Below the pieces are notes generated by a model that saw nothing but the letters and a program-made list of their open reading frames with translations, made no database searches and was not told the DNA's origin. The position numbers were made by a program, and so were the translations under genes. From assembly GCA_039184805.1 (NCBI GenBank), contig JBCDAX010000008.1, forward strand, positions 35,431-99,430: a stretch of 64,000 bases of DNA, in the 5' to 3' direction. Origin of the DNA: Bacteroidota bacterium (GTDB lineage Bacteria > Bacteroidota > Bacteroidia > Flavobacteriales > Flavobacteriaceae). Positions 41,398-50,941 of the stretch are shown piece after piece. Position 1 is the first letter of the stretch; every line of letters starts with the position of its first letter.

Positions 41398-42210
41398 ATG
41401 GCGTACAATCTTTTAAAAGGAAAACGAGGTATCATTTTTGGAGCTCTTGATGAAAATTCCATTGCTTGGAAGACTGCAGAACGTGTTCATGAAGAGGGAG
41501 GTACTTTTGTACTAACTAACGCTCCCATTGCCATGCGCATGGGACAAATTAACCAATTAGCAGAAAAGACCGGCTCTGAGATTATTCCGGCAGATGCAAC
41601 CAATGAGGAAGACCTTCAGAATTTAGTGGAAAAATCCATAGAAATTTTAGGAGGCAAATTGGATTTTGTGTTGCATTCCATCGGAATGTCTGTAAACGTA
41701 AGAAAGGGTAGGGCATATACGGACGAGAAATATGATTTTACGGCAAAGGGCTGGGATGTTTCTGCACTTTCTTTTCATAAGGTAATGCAAACTCTTTTCA
41801 AAGCAGATGCCATGAGTGAATGGGGTAGCATTGTAGCGCTGACTTATATGGCAGCCCAAAGAACCTTTCCAGACTACAACGACATGGCGGATAATAAGGC
41901 GTATCTGGAGTCCGTGGCACGTAGTTTTGGATATTTTTTTGGTAAAGAGAAGAAGGTAAGGGTGAATACCATTTCCCAGTCCCCGACACCCACCACAGCA
42001 GGTCAGGGAGTGAAAGGATTTGATGGCTTTATCAGTTATGCGGAAAAAATGTCACCCTTGGGCAATGCATCAGCAGATGATTGCGCCAACTACACCGTGA
42101 CCTTGTTTTCTGACCTTACGCGAAAGGTCACCATGCAGAACCTATTCCATGATGGAGGTTTTTCCAACACGGGGGTTAGTCAGGAAGTCATTGATGAATT
42201 CTCTAAATAA
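41398..42210 (+). CDS. fabI: Enoyl-ACP reductase (Bacteroidota FabI type)
   Basis: GIIFGALDENSIAW, YNDMADNKAYLES, RVNTISQSP; -7 element TATCTTTG at 41363-41370. Confidence 0.9.
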   Translation: MAYNLLKGKRGIIFGALDENSIAWKTAERVHEEGGTFVLTNAPIAMRMGQINQLAEKTGSEIIPADATNEEDLQNLVEKSIEILGGKLDFVLHSIGMSVNVRKGRAYTDEKYDFTAKGWDVSALSFHKVMQTLFKADAMSEWGSIVALTYMAAQRTFPDYNDMADNKAYLESVARSFGYFFGKEKKVRVNTISQSPTPTTAGQGVKGFDGFISYAEKMSPLGNASADDCANYTVTLFSDLTRKVTMQNLFHDGGFSNTGVSQEVIDEFSK

Positions 42211-42230
42211 GGAGAAGTAAGTAAAATAAT

Positions 42231-42260
42231 AAGCCATCCTTTTCTGGGTGGCTTTCTTTT
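42231..42260 (+). terminator. Intrinsic terminator after fabI
   Basis: AAGCCATCC-TTTTCT-GGGTGGCTTTCTTTT. Confidence 0.75.
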
Positions 42261-42263
42261 TTG

Positions 42264-43271
42264 ATGAATATAAAATTATCTTTAATCATCCCAGTTTACA
42301 ATAGACCCGAAGAGATTCGGGAGCTACTGGAAAGTCTTTTGGAACAGACTTTTTCCGGACCTTATGAAGTGGTGATAGTTGAAGATGGTTCTACGGTTGA
42401 CTCCCGGGAAGTTGTTGCTCAATTTGAAAATAGTTTAGAGATTTCCTATTATTTTAAAACCAATACAGGCCCAGGTGATTCACGAAATTATGGAATGCAA
42501 AAAGCCAAGGGCAACTATTTTATTATCTTGGATTCTGACTGTATTCTGCCCTCCGGTTATTTGGAGGAAATCAACAAAGAATTAAAATCCAATTTTGTAC
42601 ACTGTTTTGGTGGACCAGATGCTGCTGATACATCTTTTACCACAGTTCAAAAGGCCATCAACTACGTTATGACCTCTTTTTGGACCACAGGCGGAATTCG
42701 TGGTGGCAAAAAAGCAGTAGGTAAGTTCCAACCTAGAAGCTTTAACATGGGCATTTCAAAAGAAGCGTTTGGGAAAACGGGGGGATTTGGACAAATTCAT
42801 CCTGGCGAGGACCCAGATTTGACATTCAGGATTTGGGATGCGGGATATGACAGCCGTCTGTTTCCAAGGGCCCATGTATTCCATAAAAGGAGGGTGGACT
42901 GGAATAAGTTTTATATTCAGGTCAACAAGTTCGGAATGGTTAGACCCATTTTGACCAAGTGGCACCCTAAGACAGCACGAATTACGTACTGGTTTCCCAC
43001 TATTTTCCTTCTAGGGTTACTTGTTTCAATACTATTTTCCCTTTTAGGGATTGTATGGCCGTTGGCGGCTTATTTGCTCTATTTTTTGTTCTTGTTTTTT
43101 GATTCTCTCCTTAAGAATAAGAACCTAAAAGTGGCCTTCCTTTCCATTTTTGCTGCTTTGGTTCAATTTTCTGGTTATGGCTATGGTTTTCTAAAATCCA
43201 CTTTCTTGGTTAATTTTAGCAAGAAGAAGCCCGAAGTGCTTTTTCCAAAATTGTTCTTCAAGAAGATCTAA
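42264..43271 (+). CDS. Glycosyltransferase family 2 with C-terminal TM helices
   Basis: SLIIPVYNR, IVEDGS, ILDSDC, GEDPDL. Confidence 0.92.
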   Translation: MNIKLSLIIPVYNRPEEIRELLESLLEQTFSGPYEVVIVEDGSTVDSREVVAQFENSLEISYYFKTNTGPGDSRNYGMQKAKGNYFIILDSDCILPSGYLEEINKELKSNFVHCFGGPDAADTSFTTVQKAINYVMTSFWTTGGIRGGKKAVGKFQPRSFNMGISKEAFGKTGGFGQIHPGEDPDLTFRIWDAGYDSRLFPRAHVFHKRRVDWNKFYIQVNKFGMVRPILTKWHPKTARITYWFPTIFLLGLLVSILFSLLGIVWPLAAYLLYFLFLFFDSLLKNKNLKVAFLSIFAALVQFSGYGYGFLKSTFLVNFSKKKPEVLFPKLFFKKI

Positions 43272-43274
43272 AAA

Positions 43275-44231
43275 ATGGAACGTAACCTCATCCCTGGATT
43301 GAACAGAAGAAAAGCAAAAAACTTTTTCTTGTTTTTGGTATGCTCTTTTTTTGCATGGTTCTTAAGCAATCTTTCTGACTCCTATGAGTCTAGGACAACT
43401 TTTTCCCTTAATTACAAAAGTCTACCAGATACCCTCATTTTAGGAAATAAAGCTATAAAAACTTTAGAGGCTAAGGTCCGGACAAGTGGATTTCAATTGT
43501 TGTACTACAAGTTTTTCAGCAAGCGCATAGATGTCAATCTTTCTCAAGTGGAATATCAAAATGGAGCATATCTGCTCTCAGATGACAATTTGAAAAAACA
43601 GATAGACCGACAACTTTCGCAAAATATTTCACTTTTGGATTTGGACGGCTCCCAGTGGGTAGTTGATTTATATCAAGTTTCTCAAAAGAACCTAATCATA
43701 AAACCAAACATTGAACTTAAGTTTCAACCTAATCACTTGCTGGATGGTGTTTTGAAGATATCACCAGATTCCGTTGTTGTAAAAGGACCAGCGAATGAGA
43801 TTGACACCTTATTTGAAGTGGAGACCGTTCCCATAATTTTAAATGACCTTTCTGAGGATTTTTCTTCGGAAGTTTCTATTGTTTTTCCAAAAGGCTTGGA
43901 CAATAGCATATTTTCAACCAATAGAGCTCAAATTTCGGGACATGTGGTAAAATTTTCTGAGAAGGTATTTGATGTAGAGGTTACCCCCGCTAATTTCCCA
44001 GAAGGCTATTCAGTAAAAATGTTTCCAAATTCGGTATCCCTGGTTTGTAAAGCTTCTTTGGATCAACTTAAGATAATCACCCCGCAAAGTTTTGAAGTCA
44101 CAGCAGATTACAAGCAGCTAAGTGGAAATGTCGACAATCGTCTTTTTTTGCAGGTAACCCAAAAACCTGGTACTATTTATGGAGTACGTTTACAACAACG
44201 CACTATTAATTTTGTTTTGGAAAGAAAATGA
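43275..44231 (+). CDS. YbbR/CdaR-like domain membrane-anchored protein
   Basis: N-terminal TM FFLFLVCSFFAWFLSNL; beta-rich YbbR-like repeats (ISPDSVVVKGP, FPNSVSL). Confidence 0.72.
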   Translation: MERNLIPGLNRRKAKNFFLFLVCSFFAWFLSNLSDSYESRTTFSLNYKSLPDTLILGNKAIKTLEAKVRTSGFQLLYYKFFSKRIDVNLSQVEYQNGAYLLSDDNLKKQIDRQLSQNISLLDLDGSQWVVDLYQVSQKNLIIKPNIELKFQPNHLLDGVLKISPDSVVVKGPANEIDTLFEVETVPIILNDLSEDFSSEVSIVFPKGLDNSIFSTNRAQISGHVVKFSEKVFDVEVTPANFPEGYSVKMFPNSVSLVCKASLDQLKIITPQSFEVTADYKQLSGNVDNRLFLQVTQKPGTIYGVRLQQRTINFVLERK

Positions 44232-44815
44232 TGATTATAGGATTGACCGGAGGAATTGGTAGTGGAAAAAGTACGGTAGCAAAAATGTTCGAAGTACTGG
44301 GAATACCTGTATATGATTCTGATATGCAAGCGAAGCAGCTTATGTCTCAATCAAAAAAAATAAGAAAAGCAATTACACAACTTTTAGGCAAAAATGCCTA
44401 TCAAGATGGAGGCCTGAATCGAGAGTATATCGCGAAAAAGGTTTTTTCCGATAAAAGCTTACTTGAAAAGTTAAACAAAATAGTACATCCGGCGGTTCGG
44501 GAACATTTTTTGGATTGGGCTGAAAAACAGGAATCAGAATATGTAATCCAGGAGAGTGCTTTGATTTTTGAAAATGCCAATGAAGATTTTTATGATGCTC
44601 TCATTTTGATAACGGCACCCATAGAAAAACGTATAGAACGAGTAACAAAGAGGGATGGGAGCAATGCCAATGATGTAATGAAACGTATTAAAAATCAAAT
44701 GGAAGATACCTCAAAAATGGAAATGGCTCATTTTCATATAGAAAACATGGACTTGGAAACTACACGAAAAGAAGTCCTTAGAGTGCATGATACACTTATG
44801 AAATCGAGTATCTAG
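44228..44815 (+). CDS. coaE: Dephospho-CoA kinase
   Basis: IGLTGGIGSGKST, LNKIVHP, RIERVTKRD. Confidence 0.96.
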   Translation: MMIIGLTGGIGSGKSTVAKMFEVLGIPVYDSDMQAKQLMSQSKKIRKAITQLLGKNAYQDGGLNREYIAKKVFSDKSLLEKLNKIVHPAVREHFLDWAEKQESEYVIQESALIFENANEDFYDALILITAPIEKRIERVTKRDGSNANDVMKRIKNQMEDTSKMEMAHFHIENMDLETTRKEVLRVHDTLMKSSI

Positions 44816-44835
44816 ACTCAAATTTTAACATTTTT

Positions 44836-44876
44836 GTTAAGGTTTGGTTAAACGCTAAATGGCCTAAATGTTAAAT
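44836..44876 (+). promoter_or_regulatory. GTTAA direct repeats upstream of the TCS operon (OmpR-type site candidate)
   Basis: GTTAA at 44836, 44847 (11-bp period) and 44870. Confidence 0.4.
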
Positions 44877-44892
44877 TTCTAATTTTACCGCA

Positions 44893-46473
44893 ATGAACAA
44901 GAAGCTTTTTGTTCTTCTCGTCATTCTTATGAGCTTGTCCCTAACAGGCATAATCTTTGTACAAGTTTATTGGATAAGAACATCAGTAAAAGATAAAGAA
45001 GAACAATTCTCAAGAACAGTTACCGGTATACTGGATAGGGTAGCGAACAGGGTGGAAAAAAGGGAGATGAAGGACTATTCAGACCGTCTAGCTTCTTTGG
45101 TAGATAGCATTGGACAACCTAAGACCACTCAGTTCAGAAACTTTTTGTTTGTTGATAGGGATTTGAATTCAGATGAGATTCTTTTCTATTCCCATGGAAT
45201 TTTGGAAGAGGATTACAATATAACATCAACGTTCTTTGATAATCAAAGTGGGGAGGACACCACCACCTTTAAGAATTATACGAGCAAACGTACCAAAGCG
45301 GTATTCAAGGAGGAGTTTGGTTTAGATGGTAAGAGTTACAGTCTTACACCCATTCAAAAAGCCGAAAAAATTGGCGGATTGTCCAGTATTGATAAGGCAG
45401 TTTGGGAAGACGTTTTTATGGAATATGCCAAAAGCAGACCGATTCATAAAAGAGTTTCCAAGCAAGAAATTGAATTGCTTTTAACCCAGGAACTTAAAAA
45501 TAGGGAGATAGATATTGACTTTGAATACGGAGTCTATAGCCAAGGATTTCCTACCAAAGTACAGTCCAAAAAATTTAAGTTTTCGGATGTGAAGATGTAC
45601 AGGGCACCTATTTTTAAGGATAGTGAGGGACGCACTAATTTTTCGTTGTTGCTCACATTTCCAAAAATGAAGCGGTTCCTTTTTAGGTCGATTATGGGCA
45701 TGGCAATTTTATCCTTGGTTTTTACTTTGGTGATTGTCGTGGCCTATTCAAGTGCTATCTATCAGCTGATAAGACAAAAGCAGATTTCGGAAATCAAAAC
45801 CGATTTCATAAATAATATGACGCATGAGTTCAAGACGCCGATAGCTACCATCAACTTGGCTGTAGAAGCGATTCGAAACCCTAAGTCTATTTCGGATACG
45901 GACAAAGTGCTTAGGTATTTGGGAATGATTCGAGATGAAAATAAACGAATGCATGCCCAGGTTGAAAACGTACTGCGTATCTCAAAGCTTGAGAAGAACC
46001 AATTGGATATCAGCAAGGATAGGGTGGATGCTCATGATATTATTAATGACGCGATTACCCATATTGAATTGATAGTTGCTGATAGGGGAGGGTATGTAAA
46101 GGCGCATTTAGACGCTGGACGTTCTGAGGTTTTGGCCAATGATGTACACTTTACCAATGTTATGGTAAACATGTTGGATAATGCGGTCAAATATTCCCCA
46201 GATTCCCCAAAGATTGATGTGTATACTGAACTAGCAAAGAATCACATCATAATTAAAGTGAAAGACCAGGGCGCTGGAATGAGCAAAGCGGTCCTAAAAA
46301 GAGTATTTGAGAAGTTTTACCGGGAACACACCGGAGATATACATAATGTAAAAGGTCATGGGCTTGGATTAGCCTATGTGAAGCGAATAATAGAAGATCA
46401 TCAAGGAGAAGTTTATGCGGAAAGTGAAAAAGGCAAAGGCAGTACTTTCTTTATCAAGCTTCCTTTAATTTAA
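44893..46473 (+). CDS. Sensor histidine kinase (RprX-like)
   Basis: Two TM helices flanking a periplasmic domain; H-box MTHEFKTP, N-box NMLDNAVKY, G-boxes DQGAG and GHGLGL. Confidence 0.95.
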   Translation: MNKKLFVLLVILMSLSLTGIIFVQVYWIRTSVKDKEEQFSRTVTGILDRVANRVEKREMKDYSDRLASLVDSIGQPKTTQFRNFLFVDRDLNSDEILFYSHGILEEDYNITSTFFDNQSGEDTTTFKNYTSKRTKAVFKEEFGLDGKSYSLTPIQKAEKIGGLSSIDKAVWEDVFMEYAKSRPIHKRVSKQEIELLLTQELKNREIDIDFEYGVYSQGFPTKVQSKKFKFSDVKMYRAPIFKDSEGRTNFSLLLTFPKMKRFLFRSIMGMAILSLVFTLVIVVAYSSAIYQLIRQKQISEIKTDFINNMTHEFKTPIATINLAVEAIRNPKSISDTDKVLRYLGMIRDENKRMHAQVENVLRISKLEKNQLDISKDRVDAHDIINDAITHIELIVADRGGYVKAHLDAGRSEVLANDVHFTNVMVNMLDNAVKYSPDSPKIDVYTELAKNHIIIKVKDQGAGMSKAVLKRVFEKFYREHTGDIHNVKGHGLGLAYVKRIIEDHQGEVYAESEKGKGSTFFIKLPLI

Positions 46474-46479
46474 AAAAAT

Positions 46480-47193
46480 ATGGAAACAGAAAACAAGAAA
46501 ATACTATTGGTGGAAGACGATCCCAATTTTGGTATCGTCCTTAAGGATTACCTCTCCATGAACGATTTTGATGTGGTGTTGGCAAAGAACGGAATGGAAG
46601 GTTTCGAAAAATTCAAAAAAGACAATTATGACGTTTGTATTCTGGACGTTATGATGCCCTATAAAGATGGATTTACCTTAGCACGCGAAATCAGGGAAAA
46701 GAATGAAAATGTGCCTATTATCTTCTTGACGGCCAAGACCATGAAAGAGGATGTGTTAAAGGGATACAAGGCTGGTGCTGATGATTATTTGAACAAGCCT
46801 TTTGATTCTGAGGTATTATTGATGAAGTTGAAAGCGATACTTCAACGTAAGGCTTCCAGTACTTTGGCGGATAGTAAGCAATTTGAGTTTGTAATTGGTA
46901 ATTTCCATTTGAACTCTAAACTACGTTTCCTGAAATATAAGGAAGAGGAGCCCATTAAATTATCACCAAAGGAAAATGAGCTATTACGTCTTTTGGCGCT
47001 TCATGAAAATGACCTTATGCCCAGAGAATTGGCTTTGACCAAAATCTGGAGAGATGACAATTACTTCACTTCCAGAAGTATGGATGTCTACATTGCCAAG
47101 TTAAGAAAGTACTTGAAACGTGATGATGTTGTAGAAATTCTTAACATTCACGGAGAAGGTTTCCGATTGGTAATCAAAGCAGAAAATCAATAA
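46480..47193 (+). CDS. OmpR-family response regulator (RprY-like)
   Basis: LLVEDD, LDVMMP, FLTAK, KPF; winged helix SRSMDVYIAKLRK...GEGFRL. Confidence 0.95.
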   Translation: METENKKILLVEDDPNFGIVLKDYLSMNDFDVVLAKNGMEGFEKFKKDNYDVCILDVMMPYKDGFTLAREIREKNENVPIIFLTAKTMKEDVLKGYKAGADDYLNKPFDSEVLLMKLKAILQRKASSTLADSKQFEFVIGNFHLNSKLRFLKYKEEEPIKLSPKENELLRLLALHENDLMPRELALTKIWRDDNYFTSRSMDVYIAKLRKYLKRDDVVEILNIHGEGFRLVIKAENQ

Positions 47194-47217
47194 TTACAAT
47201 TTGTAATTAAGTATATG

Positions 47218-47241
47218 GGCCACCTAAAAGGTGGCTTTTTT
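47218..47241 (+). terminator. Terminator after the TCS operon
   Basis: GGGCCACC-TAAAA-GGTGGCTTTTTT. Confidence 0.75.
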
Positions 47242-47290
47242 ATGCGGACTAATTCTCTATTGTAGGTATGAGGTTGGCCTAAATAAAAAG

Positions 47291-47320
47291 AAAAAGACAA
47301 ACCAAATGGTTTGCCTTTTT
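47291..47320 (-). terminator. Terminator after the M13 peptidase
   Basis: Minus strand AAAAAGGCAAACC-ATTT-GGTTTGTCTTTTT. Confidence 0.75.
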
Positions 47321-47343
47321 TATTTTAAATGGTAAAGGAAGTT

Positions 47344-49392
47344 TTACCAAATCTGAACCCTCTCTTCGGGTGCTAAATACATCTTATCTCCTTCTTTGAT
47401 ATCAAAAGCATCATAAAATGCCTGAACGTTTAATAGAGGTTGAATCGCTCGTGTTTGACCAGGGGAGTGGGGGTCAGTCTTAATCTGGGTACGTAATGCT
47501 TCATCCCTAATTTTTGTTCTCCAAACTGTGGCCCAAGACATAAAGAAACGTTGCTCAGGTGTAAATCCGTCAATATTCTCGGGACGTCCATTTTCAGCAA
47601 AGTGTCTCTGTAAACCATCATATGCCCCAAGAACTCCACCTAAGTCACCAATATTTTCACCCAAGGTGAACTTTCCATTTACAAAAACTTCAGGTAATAC
47701 CTCTACTTCATCATATTGGGTGGCTAAAGCGCCCCCTCTTTCTGTAAATGCGGCTAGGTCTTCATCAGTCCACCAGTTTTTAAGGTTACCATCCGAATCA
47801 AAACGGGAACCACTATCGTCAAAAGCATGTGAAATCTCATGGCCAATTACAGCACCAATTCCCCCATAGTTAACAGCTTCATCCGCAGTATAGTTGTAGA
47901 AAGGTGGTTGTAAAATAGCAGCAGGGAAAACGATCTCATTGTTCAACGGATTGAAGTAAGCATTCACGGTTTGGGGGGACATACCCCATGCGCTCTTGTC
48001 AACAGGTTCGCCAATCTCAGAAAAGTTATCATCTTGTCTCCACTTATCCACAGCAGCCATATTATCAAAATAGGTTTTGTCAGAAGAAACATCCATGGCA
48101 GAGTAATCTTCCCATTTATCTGGATATGCAATTTTAACCGTAAACTTATTAAGCTTTTCAATTGCCTTTAATTTGGTGGAATCTCCCATCCAATCCAATT
48201 TTTGAATTCTTGCTTTGTAGGCTTCAATAATGTTGGCAATCATTTTTTCGGCCTTCGCTTTGGCTTCTGGTGGGAATTTGGCATCCACATATAACTGCCC
48301 CAATGCTTCACCAACAGAACGGTTTACCGTAGCAAGTGCTCTTTCATCCGCAGGTCTCTGCTTTTCAGCACCTCTTAGATACTTGCTGTAAAACTCCCAA
48401 TTCGCAGTCTCTATTTCAGATGAAAGCCGTCCTGCAGCACTATTGAAGGTATCCCACTTCATCAAAGTTTTCAAGTCTTCAATTGGAGTCTCCTTAAAAA
48501 ACCCGTCTAAGGCCTTGGTATAATCCAACTGGGTAACAAATAAAGTGTCGAACGGTTTGGTGGCACCTAAATCCTTAATCAATTTGTTTAAATCGATACT
48601 GCTCAACATAGCATCTGCTTCAGCTATGGTCTTGGGATTGTTTAAATTACGTGCATCCCTCCGTTGTACTTTATCCAATCTGGGTTCTGCCAATTTAGTT
48701 TCCAGTTCCAAAATCTTTTCCGAAGCGGCTGTAGCTGTCTCTTCGCTATCGCCCAACATTTTCAACATGCGAACAATATGTTTTTTGTACTCTTCACGGA
48801 TTTCCTTTGATTTATCATCTTCATCCAAGTAATAATCCCTATCAGGTAAACCTAGACCAGCAGGACCCATGTACACCGCATTCATGGCGCTATTGTTTAG
48901 GTCTGCAAATACATTGATACCCATAAAAGGAGAGCTTACTGAAGGATTTGTCGCCAAAACAGTTTGTAAATCATTCAGATTTTGGATTCCGCCAATAGCA
49001 TCCAATGCAGACTGTAAAGGTTTGATACCAGCAGCGTCACGGGCAGCTGAGTCCAGTTTGGTATCAAAAATAGCTAAGGCTTTAGCCTGATCTGTAGAAG
49101 CATCATATGTTCCACTTTCTTTGGCTTCTGCTAAAATTTGGAGAACATCGGCATCTGTAGATTTACGTAGTACAGAAAAACCTCCCCAGCGCGTACGGTC
49201 TTCTGGGATTTCGGTATTCTTCATCCAACTTCCATTTACATAATTGTAGAAGTCATCTTTTGGGTTTACCGTGGTGTCCATATTTTCAAGGACAATACCT
49301 GGAATCTTTTCAACTTCGGCGGTTTCCTTAGATTCCTGTTTACAGCTTGCCAATACAAGTAAGGAAGCTGCAACGAAACATAGTTTTTTCAT
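47344..49392 (-). CDS. M13 family (neprilysin/PepO-like) metallopeptidase lipoprotein
   Basis: Lipobox VLASC; VNAYF, HEISH zinc motif, GENIGD, DPHSP. Confidence 0.95.
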   Translation of the reverse strand: MKKLCFVAASLLVLASCKQESKETAEVEKIPGIVLENMDTTVNPKDDFYNYVNGSWMKNTEIPEDRTRWGGFSVLRKSTDADVLQILAEAKESGTYDASTDQAKALAIFDTKLDSAARDAAGIKPLQSALDAIGGIQNLNDLQTVLATNPSVSSPFMGINVFADLNNSAMNAVYMGPAGLGLPDRDYYLDEDDKSKEIREEYKKHIVRMLKMLGDSEETATAASEKILELETKLAEPRLDKVQRRDARNLNNPKTIAEADAMLSSIDLNKLIKDLGATKPFDTLFVTQLDYTKALDGFFKETPIEDLKTLMKWDTFNSAAGRLSSEIETANWEFYSKYLRGAEKQRPADERALATVNRSVGEALGQLYVDAKFPPEAKAKAEKMIANIIEAYKARIQKLDWMGDSTKLKAIEKLNKFTVKIAYPDKWEDYSAMDVSSDKTYFDNMAAVDKWRQDDNFSEIGEPVDKSAWGMSPQTVNAYFNPLNNEIVFPAAILQPPFYNYTADEAVNYGGIGAVIGHEISHAFDDSGSRFDSDGNLKNWWTDEDLAAFTERGGALATQYDEVEVLPEVFVNGKFTLGENIGDLGGVLGAYDGLQRHFAENGRPENIDGFTPEQRFFMSWATVWRTKIRDEALRTQIKTDPHSPGQTRAIQPLLNVQAFYDAFDIKEGDKMYLAPEERVQIW

Positions 49393-49530
49393 TCTTAAGC
49401 TTTAAATTAAATTAGTCATACAGTTAGACGCTTACATGAAGTTTTCGTTACGAAAAACTGCGTATAAATTTTCGCAATATACTTTAAAAGAAAGTTAAGA
49501 CTTGTTAACTACAAGAAAACCCGATAAACT

Positions 49531-50031
49531 TTAGCCATTCAACTGTCTTAGAATTGAATCGATAATACTGTCTGGGCTTTGTTCTATGGATATGGTAATT
49601 GCTTCGTCAGGCGGTTCCAAAGTGTCAAATTGGGATTTCAACAAATCAATAGGCATAAAATGGGAATCCCTTTTTTCCATTCTGGATTTAATCAGTTCAA
49701 AACTCCCTTGCAAATAGACAAACGTCAAATGTCCACCCATGTCTTGATTTAAAATGTCCCTATACGCCGATTTTAACGCGGAACATGCAATCACGGCTCC
49801 TTGTTGTTTGTGTTCTTTTGATAGTTTGTTTAAAGAAACCAACCAATCATACCGGTCCTCATCATTTAGTGGGAGACCAGATTGCATTTTTTTGATATTT
49901 GCTTCCGGATGGAAATCATCCCCATCAAAAAAAGGAATAGCTAATTTTTGTGAAAGTAACTTTCCGATGGTGCTCTTTCCGGTTCCAGAAACGCCCATAA
50001 TGATAATGACAGGTTCCGTTTTTTTAATCAA
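49531..50031 (-). CDS. gntK: Gluconokinase (GntK/IdnK type)
   Basis: IMGVSGTGKST, DGDDFHPEANIKKM..G.PLNDEDR, IACSALK, HFMP..LL.SQFDTLEPP. Confidence 0.92.
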   Translation of the reverse strand: MIKKTEPVIIIMGVSGTGKSTIGKLLSQKLAIPFFDGDDFHPEANIKKMQSGLPLNDEDRYDWLVSLNKLSKEHKQQGAVIACSALKSAYRDILNQDMGGHLTFVYLQGSFELIKSRMEKRDSHFMPIDLLKSQFDTLEPPDEAITISIEQSPDSIIDSILRQLNG

Positions 50032-50941
50032 AATGGTCGAGTTTTGAATGTAGTTGACGAATAACTTCCTTTATATCGGTACCGTAATCTACCCAAAGAA
50101 TGTCTGAGTTTTTCCGTAACCACGTAAGTTGCCTTTTAGCAAACCTTCTGGTATTTTTTTTAATTTCAGAAATGGCAAAATCCAAGGTGATTTCGCTATC
50201 TAGAAACTGAAATAACTCTTTATAGCCAACTGTTTGCAAAGCATTTAAACTACGATGGTCATACAATGATTTGGCTTCTTCCAATAATCCTTGTTTAATC
50301 ATTTCATCCACTCGTAAATTGATTCTCCCGTAAATAACCTTTCTTTCAGCAGTGATTCCTAAGTAAACCGTGTGGAAAGGTCGCTGAATGGTATGCTTTT
50401 TTAAAAAGGAAGAAAAGGGTTTTCCCGAGCTGCGGATAATTTCCAAAGCCCGAATTATGCGGTGAGGATTCATTAAATCCACACTGTGATAATAATCAGG
50501 GTCCGTCTTGAGCAACTCTTCTTGCAATGCTTCAATTCCATTTTTTTCAAAGGTAACATTAAGTTCTTCCCTAACATTTGTAGGTACTTCTGGAAATACG
50601 TCCAACCCATGAACTAAGGCATCTGTGTACAATCCACTTCCACCAACCAGAATAGCGTGGTCATTATGTTCAAAAATCTCGTTTAAAACCTTTAGGGCGT
50701 CTTTTTCAAAATCCCCAACTGAATACGGTTGTTGAATACTGATATGTTGAATCAAATGGTGTGGTGCTGCATCGAGTTCTTCTTTTGAGGGCACAGCTGT
50801 ACCAATTCCCATTTCTTTGAAAAACTGTCTTGAATCCGAGGATATGATTTGCGTTTTGAAATGTTGTGCAAGAGAAATGGCCAGTTTGGTCTTTCCAATT
50901 GCTGTTGGTCCGACCACAACAATCAATTTTTTTGGCTTCAT
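50024..50941 (-). CDS. miaA: tRNA dimethylallyltransferase
   Basis: VGPTAIGKT, SSDSRQ, LVGGSGLY, TRRFAKRQLTW. Confidence 0.97.
   Translation of the reverse strand: MKPKKLIVVVGPTAIGKTKLAISLAQHFKTQIISSDSRQFFKEMGIGTAVPSKEELDAAPHHLIQHISIQQPYSVGDFEKDALKVLNEIFEHNDHAILVGGSGLYTDALVHGLDVFPEVPTNVREELNVTFEKNGIEALQEELLKTDPDYYHSVDLMNPHRIIRALEIIRSSGKPFSSFLKKHTIQRPFHTVYLGITAERKVIYGRINLRVDEMIKQGLLEEAKSLYDHRSLNALQTVGYKELFQFLDSEITLDFAISEIKKNTRRFAKRQLTWLRKNSDILWVDYGTDIKEVIRQLHSKLDHFD

Noticed and set aside
44849-44876. dif-like site based on AAATGTTAAAT (9/11 to the XerD arm)
   Set aside because: The matching XerC arm is only about 5/11; better explained as part of the GTTAA promoter motif.
48044-48052. Perfect DnaA box TTATCCACA
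   Set aside because: A single copy inside the M13 coding sequence; compatible with chance.
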